Source: an uncultured Granulicella sp. (lineage in GTDB: Bacteria > Acidobacteriota > Terriglobia > Terriglobales > Acidobacteriaceae). Taken from it: 56,098 bases of DNA. The stretch covers positions 1 through 56,098 of the forward strand of contig CBAAAH010000001.1 in NCBI GenBank assembly GCA_964658865.1, in the 5' to 3' direction. The position numbers were made by a program, and so were the translations under genes. The notes under the pieces are model-generated. The model was not told the origin of the DNA. It worked only from the letters and a program-made list of their open reading frames with translations, and ran no database searches. This document shows, piece after piece, positions 18,441 to 29,395 of the stretch. The stretch's first letter is position 1, and each line of letters begins with the position of its first letter.

Positions 18441-19781
18441 TTGAGCGGCAGCAGCAGTGCGAAAGCGGCAGCAAACAGCCAGGACGATCAGCAGTTCGTC
18501 CGCCGAGATCTTCTTCGCCGCGTCGTCGTCTCTCCCACGTTTGCCAGGAGCGAACGCCTGTGCGCCTTCCTTACTTACGTCTGCGACATGACTTTCCAGG
18601 GCAGGGCTGCAGAGCTGAATGAGCAGCAGATCGGTCATGCGGTCTTTCGCCGCGATCGCGATTACGACTCTTCCATCGATGGCATTGTTCGCACACAAGC
18701 AAGTCGCCTGCGCCAGCGGCTGGAGACGTATTACCAGAAAGAGGGTTCTGCCGAAACGTTACGCATCTTCATTCCACGTGGATCGTACGTGCCACAATTT
18801 ATCGAGGAAGCGGTCCCTGGTCCAGTTTCTGAATCGCCCGTTAAACCAATACCGACTGCTCCAGCATCGTTGGTTCCTGAGCCGGCCCAAACTCCACGAA
18901 GGGCGTCTCGCCCGACAGTCCTTCTTGGATGTCTCTCCGCGGCTCTCACGGTCATGCTGGTTCTGCTTTTGGTTCACGAGCGGTCCGAGTACGCTCTCCC
19001 GACTACGAGCCTCGCTCAGCCTGTGCATCCGCTATGGCAGGCGATGTTCCTTCCCGGTCGCGCAACGCTCTATATTCCCGGGGACTCAGGGTTGGTCCTA
19101 TACCATGCCTTTGAAGGCCGTACCGTAACATTGAACGAGTACCTCATGGGTGCTTACCGCCACCCGGACTCCACTGAAATCCACGGTGCCGTCGTCTCAA
19201 CCATGTCTGCCGAGTTTGCCAACCGGCGTTACACCAGCATCGTTGATCTTCAAGCAGCGGCTACCTGCACACGCATCGCCCAGCAGGAGCATAGCGCTCT
19301 CGACATCCGTTACGCCCGCGACGTTCGGCCAAATGACCTCAAAAATGGAAATGTCATCCTGTTCGGAGCGGCCGAAGCGAATCCTTGGGTTGAGCTGTTC
19401 GAGCGCAACATGAACTTCTCGCTGCACAACGATTACCAGAAGCACGTATTCACCGTAAGGAATCGCTCACCCAAACCGGGGGAACCGATATCGTGGCAAT
19501 CGAAAACCGGAGACCCGGAACACCGCGTTTACGGCATCGTCGCGTACCTTCCAAATCTTTCAGGCAACGGTCGAGCCTTAATCATCGAAGGCACCTCAAT
19601 GGCCGGAGCGGAAGCGGCGTATGACTTTCTGCTGGACGATGCAGAAATGCTCCCTTTGTTAAAAAGGCTTCAGGCTCACGGGCCGCAGCTACCCTCTTTT
19701 GAAGTGCTTGTCACCACGCAGAATACGAGTGCAAGCGCGGTTCATAGCACCCTGGTCGCTCTTCGTACACCCGACGAATAG
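18441..19781 (+). CDS. Membrane-anchored one-component regulator (N-terminal winged-helix-like domain, TM, periplasmic domain)
   Basis: FARSERLCAFLTYVC...IGHAVFRR..YDSSIDGIVRTQASRLRQRLETYY, Pro-rich linker, one TM. This type is often found divergent from TonB receptors in Acidobacteria. Confidence 0.78.
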   Translation: MSGSSSAKAAANSQDDQQFVRRDLLRRVVVSPTFARSERLCAFLTYVCDMTFQGRAAELNEQQIGHAVFRRDRDYDSSIDGIVRTQASRLRQRLETYYQKEGSAETLRIFIPRGSYVPQFIEEAVPGPVSESPVKPIPTAPASLVPEPAQTPRRASRPTVLLGCLSAALTVMLVLLLVHERSEYALPTTSLAQPVHPLWQAMFLPGRATLYIPGDSGLVLYHAFEGRTVTLNEYLMGAYRHPDSTEIHGAVVSTMSAEFANRRYTSIVDLQAAATCTRIAQQEHSALDIRYARDVRPNDLKNGNVILFGAAEANPWVELFERNMNFSLHNDYQKHVFTVRNRSPKPGEPISWQSKTGDPEHRVYGIVAYLPNLSGNGRALIIEGTSMAGAEAAYDFLLDDAEMLPLLKRLQAHGPQLPSFEVLVTTQNTSASAVHSTLVALRTPDE

Positions 19782-20335
19782 GCTTTGCGAACCATGGAGC
19801 GAATCTTAAATCCGGGCACTGGAGAAACGAGATACCAGGATCATCCTGCGTCGATGAATGTAATGCGGCATTCACGCTCTGCTCATGGAGCTTGGGTGTC
19901 CACATGCTGAATGCGACCCGGTTCTTGGCCGTGATGTCTACTCCGCCCTGTTTACGGTATCGAGTTCATCAGACCTGCACAAGATCTGCCGATTGCTTCT
20001 TCGTCTGGTAAGGCTGAGGTCGGCCCGGGAAATAGCTGTCCGGACAAACCACTCGAAGGTTGTGGACTGTCTTCAGCACACTGCCTTCCGGAACTTGCCG
20101 TGCATTTGCCGATCTCAGCTCGCAGCGTGTTTAGACCGAGATTGCAAGCCCAAATCCTTCGGCATGTTGGCGACGATCAGATCTGAAACAGGTCAGATCT
20201 TGGCTGGGCCATAAAACTTATTGTCGAACATGGGCTAAACAGGTCTTTCCGAATCACTTCGGGAGATATAGGTGAACGTCGCATGTGCTTGCTTCGTCCT
20301 CTGCCAGATTCTTTGCGTCATGATTGGCGACGGCA

Positions 20336-20364
20336 TTAAAGAATGAGTCGATGATGGCCGATGA
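20336..20364 (+). promoter_or_regulatory. Candidate sigma-28 promoter of the chemosensory operon
   Basis: TTAAAG-N15-GCCGATGA, 34 nt upstream of the first gene's ATG. Confidence 0.5.
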
Positions 20365-20398
20365 GCGCTTTACGTCTTCGATTAAAGGAGTCATCAGC

Positions 20399-20755
20399 AT
20401 GGGACTCATTGTGATGGAGCAGTCACAATTGCCGGAACAAACAGTGGATATGCATGGAAAAGATATCGGTGGCACGATCCATCTCCCTTTATCTATTTCG
20501 GGGGAATGGCTTGACGCGGATACGCTGCGCACGCACCTGTTGGACGCGGCGAAAGCGCAGGTAACGCTCGTGCTCGATTTTTCCGATCTGCGCTACGTGG
20601 AGGCTTCGTCGCTTCAGGTGTTGCTTGCAGCCGAGAGCGCTGGATGGATGGCAGACGGGAAAGTGAAGCTCATCCATCTGTCGGAAGAAGTAAAACGTTG
20701 TTTTGCGTATGCGGGAGTGGAATCACTTCTTTGTGCAGAAGCGAAGGTGGACTGA
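20399..20755 (+). CDS. STAS-domain protein
   Basis: LVLDFSDLRYVEASSLQVLLAA; AAGGAG RBS before ATG 20399. Confidence 0.82.
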   Translation: MGLIVMEQSQLPEQTVDMHGKDIGGTIHLPLSISGEWLDADTLRTHLLDAAKAQVTLVLDFSDLRYVEASSLQVLLAAESAGWMADGKVKLIHLSEEVKRCFAYAGVESLLCAEAKVD

Positions 20756-21723
20756 TGGAGCCTTTTGTTGAGCACGCCGAGATGCTACCCATGCCGATGA
20801 TGGATACGGCAGGTGTATGCATCGAACGGCTTGACTGCCTGGGCACTCAGCTTAAACAAATGTCATCGCAGGTGGAAGCAGCAGTAGTTGATGTGTGTGA
20901 CAGCTTTTACAGCATTGCAGACAAGGCACGCGCAGAGACGGAACGACTCGTGCATCTGCTCAATCCGCCGCAGAAGCAGGAAGGGGCTAAGTCGTTTGAG
21001 CAATTGCTGCAGTCCTGCGGTCAAATGCTTGTGCAGTTGCTTGAGACGCAGTCAAATTCCAATGCAATGATCGCGGATGCGGTGGGAAGGCTACGAAAAA
21101 TCGATGATTCCGCGTCAAAGATTGAGCAGGCACTAACTCAACTTGAGCAGATTTCGCAAGGAAATCGCTTGCTTGCGCTAAACGCACGCATTGAGGCGGC
21201 AAACTCTCCGCAGCAGGAGCGGGGATTTAATGCGGTTGCCGTCGAGTTGGCAGCACAGACCGAGCGAACGAAGACGTTGACGAGCGATGTCGGCGATCTT
21301 TCCTGCCTGTTACGCAAGCTTGCGGAATCGGCAGTTGTCGATCTGAAACGGATGCAGGCCGATACGCTTGCATCGAGCCAAAACATGCGTGTAGAGGTAG
21401 ACCGCACGCTGAGTGATCTTTCAGTCGCATACCAGACCATGCGCGAAGTCGTAAGCCAATCGCAGCAAACGTCTACGCTGCTTGTCAAAGATATCTACGA
21501 AGCGATTCGAGGCATGCAGTTTCAGGATCGAGTAAGTCAGCAAATTGCACACGTCGTTCATGATCTGCAAGTGGTTCGAAAGCATATCGCGGCGGAAGAT
21601 CTGGGCAGCAACACCTTTCCAAACGAGACGCTTGAGTTTAGTGCGTTTGCGATGCATGAAGAACGATCGGTTCATGGTTACACCGGTGACGAATCGCCTG
21701 AAGGTGATGTTGAGTTGTTTTAG
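20755..21723 (+). CDS. Soluble chemoreceptor-like protein (short MCP signalling domain, McpA-like)
   Basis: LLALNARIEAA..RGFNAVAVE, MQFQDRVSQQIAHV, no TM, C-terminal GDVELF. TGATG coupling to the STAS gene. Confidence 0.82.
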   Translation: MEPFVEHAEMLPMPMMDTAGVCIERLDCLGTQLKQMSSQVEAAVVDVCDSFYSIADKARAETERLVHLLNPPQKQEGAKSFEQLLQSCGQMLVQLLETQSNSNAMIADAVGRLRKIDDSASKIEQALTQLEQISQGNRLLALNARIEAANSPQQERGFNAVAVELAAQTERTKTLTSDVGDLSCLLRKLAESAVVDLKRMQADTLASSQNMRVEVDRTLSDLSVAYQTMREVVSQSQQTSTLLVKDIYEAIRGMQFQDRVSQQIAHVVHDLQVVRKHIAAEDLGSNTFPNETLEFSAFAMHEERSVHGYTGDESPEGDVELF

Positions 21724-21740
21724 CCAATAAAGGAGTGAAG

Positions 21741-22103
21741 ATGCGAACAGTGTTAGTGGTGGATGATTCCGTGTCGATGCGTCGAATGGTGGTATTCACT
21801 CTGAAGCAGGGTGGGTTTGACACGGTTGAGGCGGAGCACGGGAAAGAAGCGCTGGACAAGCTGGCTGGCAAGACGGTTGACTTGGTGATCACCGATCTGA
21901 ACATGCCGGTGATGGATGGAATTACGTTCATCAAAAACGCGCGCCTGTTGCCGGGTATGAAGAGTAAGCCGATCCTGATGTTGACAACGGAGGGTTTGGC
22001 TTCGAAGAAGGAAGAAGGCAAGGCCGCCGGTGCGACGGGATGGCTGGTCAAGCCCTTTGATCCCGCAAAGTTACTCGCGACGATAGGCAAAGTACTCCCG
22101 TAG
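21741..22103 (+). CDS. cheY: Chemotaxis response regulator CheY
   Basis: VLVVDDS, ITDLNMP, LTTE, WLVKPF; directly upstream of cheA. Confidence 0.92.
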   Translation: MRTVLVVDDSVSMRRMVVFTLKQGGFDTVEAEHGKEALDKLAGKTVDLVITDLNMPVMDGITFIKNARLLPGMKSKPILMLTTEGLASKKEEGKAAGATGWLVKPFDPAKLLATIGKVLP

Positions 22104-22178
22104 GCCTAAACCGAGCGAGATTCCTGCATTGCGGCGACGCACATCCCATGGCAGCTTTAAACACCTGAGAGAAATACG

Positions 22179-24254
22179 ATGAAGATAGATCTTGGCCAGT
22201 TCCGCGAACTTTATATCCAGGAAAGCACCGAGCACATTGTCTCAATGGAGAGCGGCTTGCTGGAACTGCGCTCGACGCCGCATGACCTTGAGCTGCTGAA
22301 TTCTATCTTTCGTTCCGCTCATTCCATTAAGGGTGGAGCAGGTTCGTTTGGGTTAGAAAATCTTGTCCGCTTTACGCATACCCTGGAGAGCCTGCTGGAT
22401 CAGTTGCGCATGGGGACACTGCCAGCCACCGGCGCGGTGATTGACGAACTGCTGCGGGCCGTGGATGTATTGAATGAGTTGCTCGGTATGGAGGCGGATG
22501 CTTCCATGCCCGCAAAGGCCACGACTACCATGCAATCGCTGCAGCAATTTTCATCCAGCACAGGTGTCGAGACATGCGTGCCCAGTGCGGAGACCATGCC
22601 GCAGGTTGCGGCGCCCGCAATCGGGCGCGAGTACCGTGTAACGTTTCGTCCCTGCACAACCATCTTGGAGAGTGGTTGCAATCCACTGCTGCTACTGCGC
22701 AACGTCACCGCTCTGGGCACGCTGCGGGCATGCCAGTTAGATCGCAGTGCGCTACCCGCGTTAGATTCGCTGGACACTACTCTCTTCTATCTCGGTTGGA
22801 CTCTGGACTTATACAGCGAAGTCGAGGCTGCGGAACTGCAGGAGGTGTTCGAGTTTGTCGAGCATTTGGCGGAGGTCAACATTGAGTGCCTCGATGCCGG
22901 CATCGCGGCTGATCTGGAGGACACGGACGTGGTGAACGTTACTGCTGCCTTTGATGGCGCTACCTCCACACTTCCTGACACCGTTGTCTCTACGGATATT
23001 GCAGATGCACCGGCGAAGCGTGCAGCCGCTTCCGAGAGCAGCATCCGCGTGCCCATTGAAAAAGTGGATCGCATGATCGATCTCGTGGGTGAGCTCGTCA
23101 TTGCGCAGTCCATGACGGAACAAATGGCCCGTAACTTCAAGCCGGAAATGCTTACCCAGATGTGTGAGTCAATCGCCGCTCTGGAACGGAGTACGCGTGA
23201 ATTGCACGAACGTGTTATGTCGATCCGCATGCTTTCCATCGGGTCGCTGTTCCGCCGCTACACGCGGGTCGTTTACGACATCGGCAAGAGTACCGGCAAA
23301 CAGGTAAATGTTGAGTTTGTCGGTGAAGAAACTGAAATCGACAAGAGCATGCTGGAATTGCTGGCGGACCCGATGATCCACCTCATCCGCAATGCGGTCG
23401 ACCATGGCATCGAGCAGCCTGAAGTACGCGCCGCCGCCGGCAAGTCTGTGGTCGGCACCGTCTGGCTGCGGGCATTCCATCGCTCGGGCAAGGTCGTGAT
23501 CGAAATTCAAGACGATGGTGCGGGCGTCGATCCAGTACGTGTGCGCCGCAAGGCCGTGGAGCGGGGGTTGATCGGCGCAGATGCGGAAATGAGCGACAGC
23601 CAATTGCGTATGCTCATTTTCGAACCGGGCTTTTCTACGCGAGACGAGGTCAGCGACCTTTCCGGACGCGGCGTTGGCATGGACGTGGTGAAGCGCAACA
23701 TCCAGCAAATGAGTGGAGCGGTGCGGCTGGAAAGCGAAGTCGGTAAGGGATCCTGCATCACCATCGAACTGCCGCTCACGCTGGCAATTTTGGATGGCTT
23801 AATCATTCGAGTGCAAGATCGAAAGTTAGTGTTGCCTTTACTTGCAGTCGTTGAAACTGTATCGGTAAAGCGAGAAAGTTTCGTACGCATTGTCGGCATG
23901 AACGAGGTATTTACCCTGCGCGGTGAGGCCATTCCGCTGCTTCGGCTGGAACATTACCTCCACCTTGCGCCGGATCACGACACACCGTGCCAGGCACTCA
24001 TCGTCATCGTCGAGGCCGGTACGCGTAAGGTCGGTTTGGTTATCGATGAAGTGCTTGGGCAGCAACAGGTTGTACTGAAAAGCCTGGAGCGAAACCTGCA
24101 CCGGATCGAAGGGCTGATGGGTGCCACCATCCTGGGAGACGGCTGTGTCGCACCCATTCTGGATGTAAATAGTCTTGCCGACATCGACCGAATGAGCGAT
24201 CAAAGCAATTCTGAATACTTGAACGGCGGGGCAAAAACGGCGATCGCAGCCTAA
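22179..24254 (+). CDS. cheA: Chemotaxis histidine kinase CheA
   Basis: HPt FRSAHSIKG, dimerisation [40 protein letters not shown]-terminal CheW domain. Confidence 0.96.
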   Translation: MKIDLGQFRELYIQESTEHIVSMESGLLELRSTPHDLELLNSIFRSAHSIKGGAGSFGLENLVRFTHTLESLLDQLRMGTLPATGAVIDELLRAVDVLNELLGMEADASMPAKATTTMQSLQQFSSSTGVETCVPSAETMPQVAAPAIGREYRVTFRPCTTILESGCNPLLLLRNVTALGTLRACQLDRSALPALDSLDTTLFYLGWTLDLYSEVEAAELQEVFEFVEHLAEVNIECLDAGIAADLEDTDVVNVTAAFDGATSTLPDTVVSTDIADAPAKRAAASESSIRVPIEKVDRMIDLVGELVIAQSMTEQMARNFKPEMLTQMCESIAALERSTRELHERVMSIRMLSIGSLFRRYTRVVYDIGKSTGKQVNVEFVGEETEIDKSMLELLADPMIHLIRNAVDHGIEQPEVRAAAGKSVVGTVWLRAFHRSGKVVIEIQDDGAGVDPVRVRRKAVERGLIGADAEMSDSQLRMLIFEPGFSTRDEVSDLSGRGVGMDVVKRNIQQMSGAVRLESEVGKGSCITIELPLTLAILDGLIIRVQDRKLVLPLLAVVETVSVKRESFVRIVGMNEVFTLRGEAIPLLRLEHYLHLAPDHDTPCQALIVIVEAGTRKVGLVIDEVLGQQQVVLKSLERNLHRIEGLMGATILGDGCVAPILDVNSLADIDRMSDQSNSEYLNGGAKTAIAA

Positions 24255-24313
24255 GAAACACTACTCGCGCAAAACGGAAGCGGACTGATCTGAATAAGAT
24301 CCCGAGGGAGAAC

Positions 24314-26050
24314 ATGAAGAACTGGAAAATCGGAGCACGAATTGTAGCGGGTTTTTCGGTGGTCATTTTGATTGCCATGGCCCTTGGTCTGTTTGCCTAT
24401 AATCGTGCGGATAATACGCAGAGAAGCGAGTCGACGCTGGCCGACAATGCGCTACCGTCGGTTGCCATTCTCGGTCGAATCAACACGCGCACGCAGACGA
24501 ATGTTGGGCTGCTGGTGAAATACATCAATGCCAAAAGCCCGCAGGAAAAGCGCGCTCTGGAGCAGCAGATTCAAGAACTGACGAACGAAAACTCGAAAGA
24601 TCTGAAGGCCTATGACGACCTACCCTCAGATTCCCAGGAATCGGCGCTGTACGAGAAAGTTAAGTCTACGAGGACAATCTACCGGAAGCTGCTTGAAGAT
24701 GTGCAGACACTGAGCAGCAAGGGAACGCCTGCGGAAAACGCACAAGCCACGGCCTTGCTCAATGCGCAACTACGGCCGGCTGCGCTTCAGTACGCCCTTA
24801 CGATGCAGGATGTTGTGGATTACAACGTGAAAAACTGCTACGTCGGTCTTCACGAAATCCAAGGTTCGGTCCGGTCTTCAAAGAGTGGAGCACTTGTCGG
24901 TACACTGCTTGCCATCGCGTTCGCGGTACCTATTGCGCTCTTTATTGTTCGTAGCATTACGCAGCCGCTTGCCATTGCTGTAAAGGTGCTGCAAGAAGTG
25001 GGGAACTGCAACCTAGCAGTGTCGCTCGACGTCGACTCCAAAGATGAGATTGGCCAAATGGCGAAGGCGTTGAACGGTGCTCTTGCGCAGTTGCGAAACA
25101 CCCTGAAAGAGGTGACTGCAAGTGCCGGCGCGGCGCGCACCTCATCGCAGGAACTGGCCGCGGCGGCAGAGGCCATTGCGAGCGGATCGCAGGAGCAGGC
25201 GGCCAGTCTAGAAGAAACCTCCTCGTCGTTGGAAGAGATCACGGCCACCGTTCGGCAGAGCGCGGACAACGCGCGACAGGCCAACCAGCTTGCCGTCTCA
25301 TCCAGGGACTCAGCGGAAAAGGGACAGGAGGTTGTCGCGACCGCTGTCACGGCAATGACTGAAATCAACTCGGCCTCGTCCAAAATCTCCGACATCATTT
25401 CGACCATCGATGAGATCGCCTTTCAAACCAATCTGCTCGCGGTAAACGCCGCAGTAGAGGCAGCGCGAGCAGGCGATGAAGGCCGAGGCTTTGCCGTGGT
25501 TGCGACCGAAGTTCGTAGTCTGGCACAACGGAGCGCGGGCGCCGCCAAAGAGATCAAGGTTCTGATCCAGGACAGTCTGCGCAAAGTAGAGCGCGGATCG
25601 GAATTGGTAAACTGTTCAGGCGAAACGCTGCAGGGCATCATGCACTCGGTCAAACGCGTCACAGACATCGTCGGCGAAATTTCTGCGGCTGCCGACGAGC
25701 AAAGCACGGGGATCGACCAGGTAAACACCGCGGTCACACAGATCGACCAGGTCACGCAGTCAAACTCTGCTCAGACCGAGGAGCTATCCTCTACCGCACA
25801 GTCACTTGCGCAGCAGTCGGCCCGTCTGCTCAAGCTTGTCGGTATCTTTACCCTAGAGAAAGAAAAAGGTAAAGGCAGCGGCATCATCGCTTTCGACGAA
25901 GAGCCAGCAGTAGCACCCCGCCCGTTAAAGCGAAAAATGTCCTCCGTAAAACTGGGGTACAAGCCGGTCGGCAACGGTCTGCTGGGTGTGGCACCAGTCA
26001 TGCTTGCGACAGCCGGTGGCAACACCAGCGATAGCTTTGAAGAGTTTTAA
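24314..26050 (+). CDS. Methyl-accepting chemotaxis protein (four-helix-bundle sensor, HAMP)
   Basis: Two TMs, HAMP (SKDEIGQMA), [29 protein letters not shown]-terminal pentapeptide SFEEF. Confidence 0.95.
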   Translation: MKNWKIGARIVAGFSVVILIAMALGLFAYNRADNTQRSESTLADNALPSVAILGRINTRTQTNVGLLVKYINAKSPQEKRALEQQIQELTNENSKDLKAYDDLPSDSQESALYEKVKSTRTIYRKLLEDVQTLSSKGTPAENAQATALLNAQLRPAALQYALTMQDVVDYNVKNCYVGLHEIQGSVRSSKSGALVGTLLAIAFAVPIALFIVRSITQPLAIAVKVLQEVGNCNLAVSLDVDSKDEIGQMAKALNGALAQLRNTLKEVTASAGAARTSSQELAAAAEAIASGSQEQAASLEETSSSLEEITATVRQSADNARQANQLAVSSRDSAEKGQEVVATAVTAMTEINSASSKISDIISTIDEIAFQTNLLAVNAAVEAARAGDEGRGFAVVATEVRSLAQRSAGAAKEIKVLIQDSLRKVERGSELVNCSGETLQGIMHSVKRVTDIVGEISAAADEQSTGIDQVNTAVTQIDQVTQSNSAQTEELSSTAQSLAQQSARLLKLVGIFTLEKEKGKGSGIIAFDEEPAVAPRPLKRKMSSVKLGYKPVGNGLLGVAPVMLATAGGNTSDSFEEF

Positions 26051-26139
26051 CTATCGACCATGCAAGATCGTAACCTCGCACGGTGATGCACCCGACGTTG
26101 TGCATCACCCTCACTTTGCTGCTGCGAAAGGATTTTACG

Positions 26140-26613
26140 ATGCGCAAGCTGGACACTGCTTCCCATGAAGCCAATCAGTATTTGACGTTCCTTCTGGATA
26201 ACGAAGAATACGGCCTTGAGTTACTGAGTATTCAAGAAATTCGTGGATATACACCTGCAACGCCGATACCGAATGTATTGCCTTATGTGCATGGGGTGAT
26301 CAATCTGCGGGGTAAAGTTCTGCCGATCATCGATCTGCATATTCGGTTCGGCATGTCTGCCGTGGAGTACGACAAGTTCACCGTGATTATCATTACAAAC
26401 GTGGGTTCCAGGGTTATTGGGCTCTTGGTTGACGCGATCTCTGATGTGCTGGAAGTCAGACCAGAAACCATGCGTCCCGCGCCCGATCTCGGCAATGCCG
26501 TGGACACTCATTTCATTCACGGGATATTTCAATGTAAGGACAAGCTTGCCCTTGCATTAAACCTTGAAAAGCTACTGGACGTCGAAGCAGCCTCTCCGGC
26601 GCAGGTGAATTAA
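26140..26613 (+). CDS. cheW: Chemotaxis coupling protein CheW
   Basis: QYLTFLL..EEYG, GVINLRGKVLPIIDL, GLLVDAISDV. Confidence 0.94.
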   Translation: MRKLDTASHEANQYLTFLLDNEEYGLELLSIQEIRGYTPATPIPNVLPYVHGVINLRGKVLPIIDLHIRFGMSAVEYDKFTVIIITNVGSRVIGLLVDAISDVLEVRPETMRPAPDLGNAVDTHFIHGIFQCKDKLALALNLEKLLDVEAASPAQVN

Positions 26614-26616
26614 GGC

Positions 26617-27531
26617 GTGACCGCTATGTCGATGCAATATCTTCCTGATGGCCCTGGTTCAAACCTTCCTTCAGACGTGAGCCGCAGCATGCCCCGAGAG
26701 GTGTTCTGTCGGTTTCGCGGGCTAATCCGTGAACAGACAGGCATCTCCCTACGCGATGGCAAGGAGGTCATGCTTGCATCCCGCTTGGCAAAGCGATTGA
26801 GGCATTACGATCTAGCCAGTTTCGGCGATTACTTTACGCTTTTGCGAAATCGCCAGGATGGCGGCGCAGAAATGCGGGAATTCATTAACTGTGTCACGAC
26901 GAACAAAACGTCGTTCTTCCGAGAATCTCATCACTTCGATTTTCTGGCTCAGACGGTAGTTCCTGAACTGATTGCACGTGTCGGTGTGGGTGGTAAGCGG
27001 ACTGCCCGCATTTGGAGCGCGGCATCCTCCACGGGAGAAGAGCCGTATTCCATCGCGATGACATTGCTGCAGGCTCTGCCCTCTGGATGGCAAGCCGTTG
27101 TGGATGCTTCTGATATCGATACGGCTGTTCTGGATACAGCGCGACAGGGAATTTACCCGCTCTCTGCCATTGAGGATCTTGACGCGTCGTTTTGCCGTAG
27201 TTACTTTCTACGGGGAAAAGCCGATATGGAAGGCATGGTGAGCGTCGGTACCACCGTGCGCAATCTACTCCGCTTTCAGCGAATCAACCTGATGGATAGC
27301 ACGTGGCCGATCGAGCCAGACCTGGACGCGATCTTTTTCCGTAACGCACTCATCTACTTCGACCAGGAAACACAGAATCGCTTTCTGCGCAGGATGGTGC
27401 GGCTGCTGCGTCCGGGAGGCTATCTGTTCCTCGGTCACTCTGAAAACGTACCCTGGCTTTACGATGTTGTAAAGCCGCTGTCCAAGACGGTGTATCAGGT
27501 CCTGTCGCCAGGTAAGCCCTCCCGACTTTAA
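26617..27531 (+). CDS. cheR: Chemotaxis methyltransferase CheR
   Basis: TTNKTSFFRE, WSAASSTGEEPYSIAM, FFRNALIYFD, YLFLGHSE. Confidence 0.95.
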   Translation: MTAMSMQYLPDGPGSNLPSDVSRSMPREVFCRFRGLIREQTGISLRDGKEVMLASRLAKRLRHYDLASFGDYFTLLRNRQDGGAEMREFINCVTTNKTSFFRESHHFDFLAQTVVPELIARVGVGGKRTARIWSAASSTGEEPYSIAMTLLQALPSGWQAVVDASDIDTAVLDTARQGIYPLSAIEDLDASFCRSYFLRGKADMEGMVSVGTTVRNLLRFQRINLMDSTWPIEPDLDAIFFRNALIYFDQETQNRFLRRMVRLLRPGGYLFLGHSENVPWLYDVVKPLSKTVYQVLSPGKPSRL

Positions 27532-27550
27532 CGAATAGGCGAAAGGAAAC

Positions 27551-28108
27551 GTGATGTTGAATGCGAGGGAGAGATTTGTAGGATTACCCCGCACGCGCCT
27601 ATCGATTGGAGATGTTCGAGCCAGCGTATCTGCCATGCAGCTTACGACGCTGCTCGGCTCGTGTATCGCGGTGTGCCTGTATCATTCGACTTGTCGCGTC
27701 GGAGGAATGAACCATATTTCCTTGCCGGGAGACTGTCCTGACAAGGACGCCCGCTTTGGCGTGCACGCGATGGAATTGTTAATCAATCAAATGATGGGCA
27801 TGGGCTGTGATCGTCGGGGCTTAGTCGCCAAAATTTTCGGAGGTGCAAGTATATTGACTTGCATCAAGGCACCCATTGGAGAAATCAATGCAGCGTTTGT
27901 TCGGCAGTTTCTGCAGGACGAACGCATTCCCGTCGCCGCCGAACGTCTGGGCGGAACCGCACCGATGGAAGTTTCCCTGAGGACGGACACGGGATACGTG
28001 TTGCTGCGAACACTCTGTCACAAGTCCTATCACCAGATGCATCTTGCCGAGGCGAAACCTACCCATAAGCTTCCTGTAAGTGAGCCGGGTGATGTTGTTC
28101 TGTTTTGA
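27551..28108 (+). CDS. cheD: Chemoreceptor glutamine deamidase CheD
   Basis: TTLLGSCIAVCL, GGMNHISLP, AKIFGGA. Confidence 0.92.
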   Translation: MMLNARERFVGLPRTRLSIGDVRASVSAMQLTTLLGSCIAVCLYHSTCRVGGMNHISLPGDCPDKDARFGVHAMELLINQMMGMGCDRRGLVAKIFGGASILTCIKAPIGEINAAFVRQFLQDERIPVAAERLGGTAPMEVSLRTDTGYVLLRTLCHKSYHQMHLAEAKPTHKLPVSEPGDVVLF

Positions 28109-28204
28109 TCTTCCCGGGGAGTACCGCGTGGCGTATTCAGTCCTTCGGCCTGGCCCAGTAAGTTTGTCGTCCTTTCATTCAAGAGAATGCAGTTGAGGAG
28201 CAGC

Positions 28205-29257
28205 ATGCCGCCAAAAATTAAAGTTCTTATTGTGGACGATTCAGCGCTGATGCGCCAGCTACTGACCAAAATACTTAATGCATCACCAGATATCGAAGTT
28301 ATCGGTACGGCAAGCGATCCGCTGGTTGCACGCGAAAAAATCAAGGCACTGAATCCTGACGTACTTACCCTGGACGTGGAAATGCCCAGAATGGATGGCC
28401 TTACCTTTCTGGAAAAGCTAATGCGTGGCCATCCTATGCCTGTGCTCATGATCTCTTCACTTACAGAAAAGGGTGCAGAGACGACCCTGCGTGCATTGAG
28501 CCTTGGTGCAGTCGATTTTGTCAGCAAACCGAAGCTCAACGTGTCGAATGGCACACTCGAGCGCACGGATGAAATTATCAGCAAGGTGCGTGCGGCTGCA
28601 AAGGTCAAAGTCCGGGGATCAGCCACACCGCGGCAGGCTGCCGCACCCATTGAGATGTCGGAGGGGTGTCGCATCGCAGCGACGCACAAAGTCGTCGCGA
28701 TCGGCTCGTCGACTGGTGGAACGGAAGCGCTGAAAGAGGTGCTGACACCATTGCCAGCGGATTTTCCCGGTATCGTCATCGTGCAGCACATGCCGGAAGC
28801 CTTTACCAAGCAGTTTGCCGCGCGTCTGGATGGCCTGTGTAGGATCAGTATCAACGAGGCCAAAGACGGCGACCGCATCCTACCCGGTCATGCGTTGCTG
28901 GCACCAGGCGGCCACCACATGGCGGTTGTGCGCCGAGGCATGGAGTACGCTGTCCATGTGTACGCTGGAGAGCGAGTCAACCGGCATATGCCGTCGGTGG
29001 ATGTGCTGTTTTCATCGTGTGCCCGGCAACTCGGCAAGAACGCACTTGGCGTTATTCTTACAGGCATGGGCGCCGATGGTGCGGCCGGCATGTTGGAAAT
29101 GAAGCAGGCCGGCTGCTTTAACATCGCTCAGGACCAGGCGTCGTGCGTGGTGTTCGGCATGCCGAACGAAGCGATCCGTAAAGGCGGTGTGGACCAGATT
29201 CTGCCGCTGGATCGCATCCCAGGTTCACTGGTGAATCATCTTGCCACCGCTAAGTAA
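28205..29257 (+). CDS. cheB: Chemotaxis methylesterase CheB (receiver plus catalytic domain)
   Basis: VLTLDVEMP receiver; [20 protein letters not shown]; GAGGAG RBS. Confidence 0.96.
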   Translation: MPPKIKVLIVDDSALMRQLLTKILNASPDIEVIGTASDPLVAREKIKALNPDVLTLDVEMPRMDGLTFLEKLMRGHPMPVLMISSLTEKGAETTLRALSLGAVDFVSKPKLNVSNGTLERTDEIISKVRAAAKVKVRGSATPRQAAAPIEMSEGCRIAATHKVVAIGSSTGGTEALKEVLTPLPADFPGIVIVQHMPEAFTKQFAARLDGLCRISINEAKDGDRILPGHALLAPGGHHMAVVRRGMEYAVHVYAGERVNRHMPSVDVLFSSCARQLGKNALGVILTGMGADGAAGMLEMKQAGCFNIAQDQASCVVFGMPNEAIRKGGVDQILPLDRIPGSLVNHLATAK

Positions 29258-29310
29258 AAAGCGGACAAACAGAAATTTGACTGCGTCAAACGCTTTGTAT
29301 GGGGGCAGCA

Positions 29311-29395
29311 GGAAAGTTCCAAACCCATGCCGCCGGCAAATATCGAAATCGCGAGTGATGCAAGAACAAGGCCAGGGCTGTAAATGGCTCGTCAT
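29311..29395 (-). pseudogene. Possible relic of the N-terminus of an MHYT-domain sensor gene
   Basis: After an AGGA RBS, and with one frameshift, it reads MTSH/YSPGLVLASLAISIFAGGMGLELS, like the MHYT first TM (YxPxLVxxSxxIAIFAxxxALxL). Similarity stops near the cheB 3' end. Confidence 0.3.

Noticed and set aside
20041-20070. GGACAAACCACTCGAAGG...GTGGAC, faintly like a c-di-GMP-I riboswitch P1
   Set aside because: Lacks the GNRA loop, the GACGCAAAGC junction and the P2 receptor stem.
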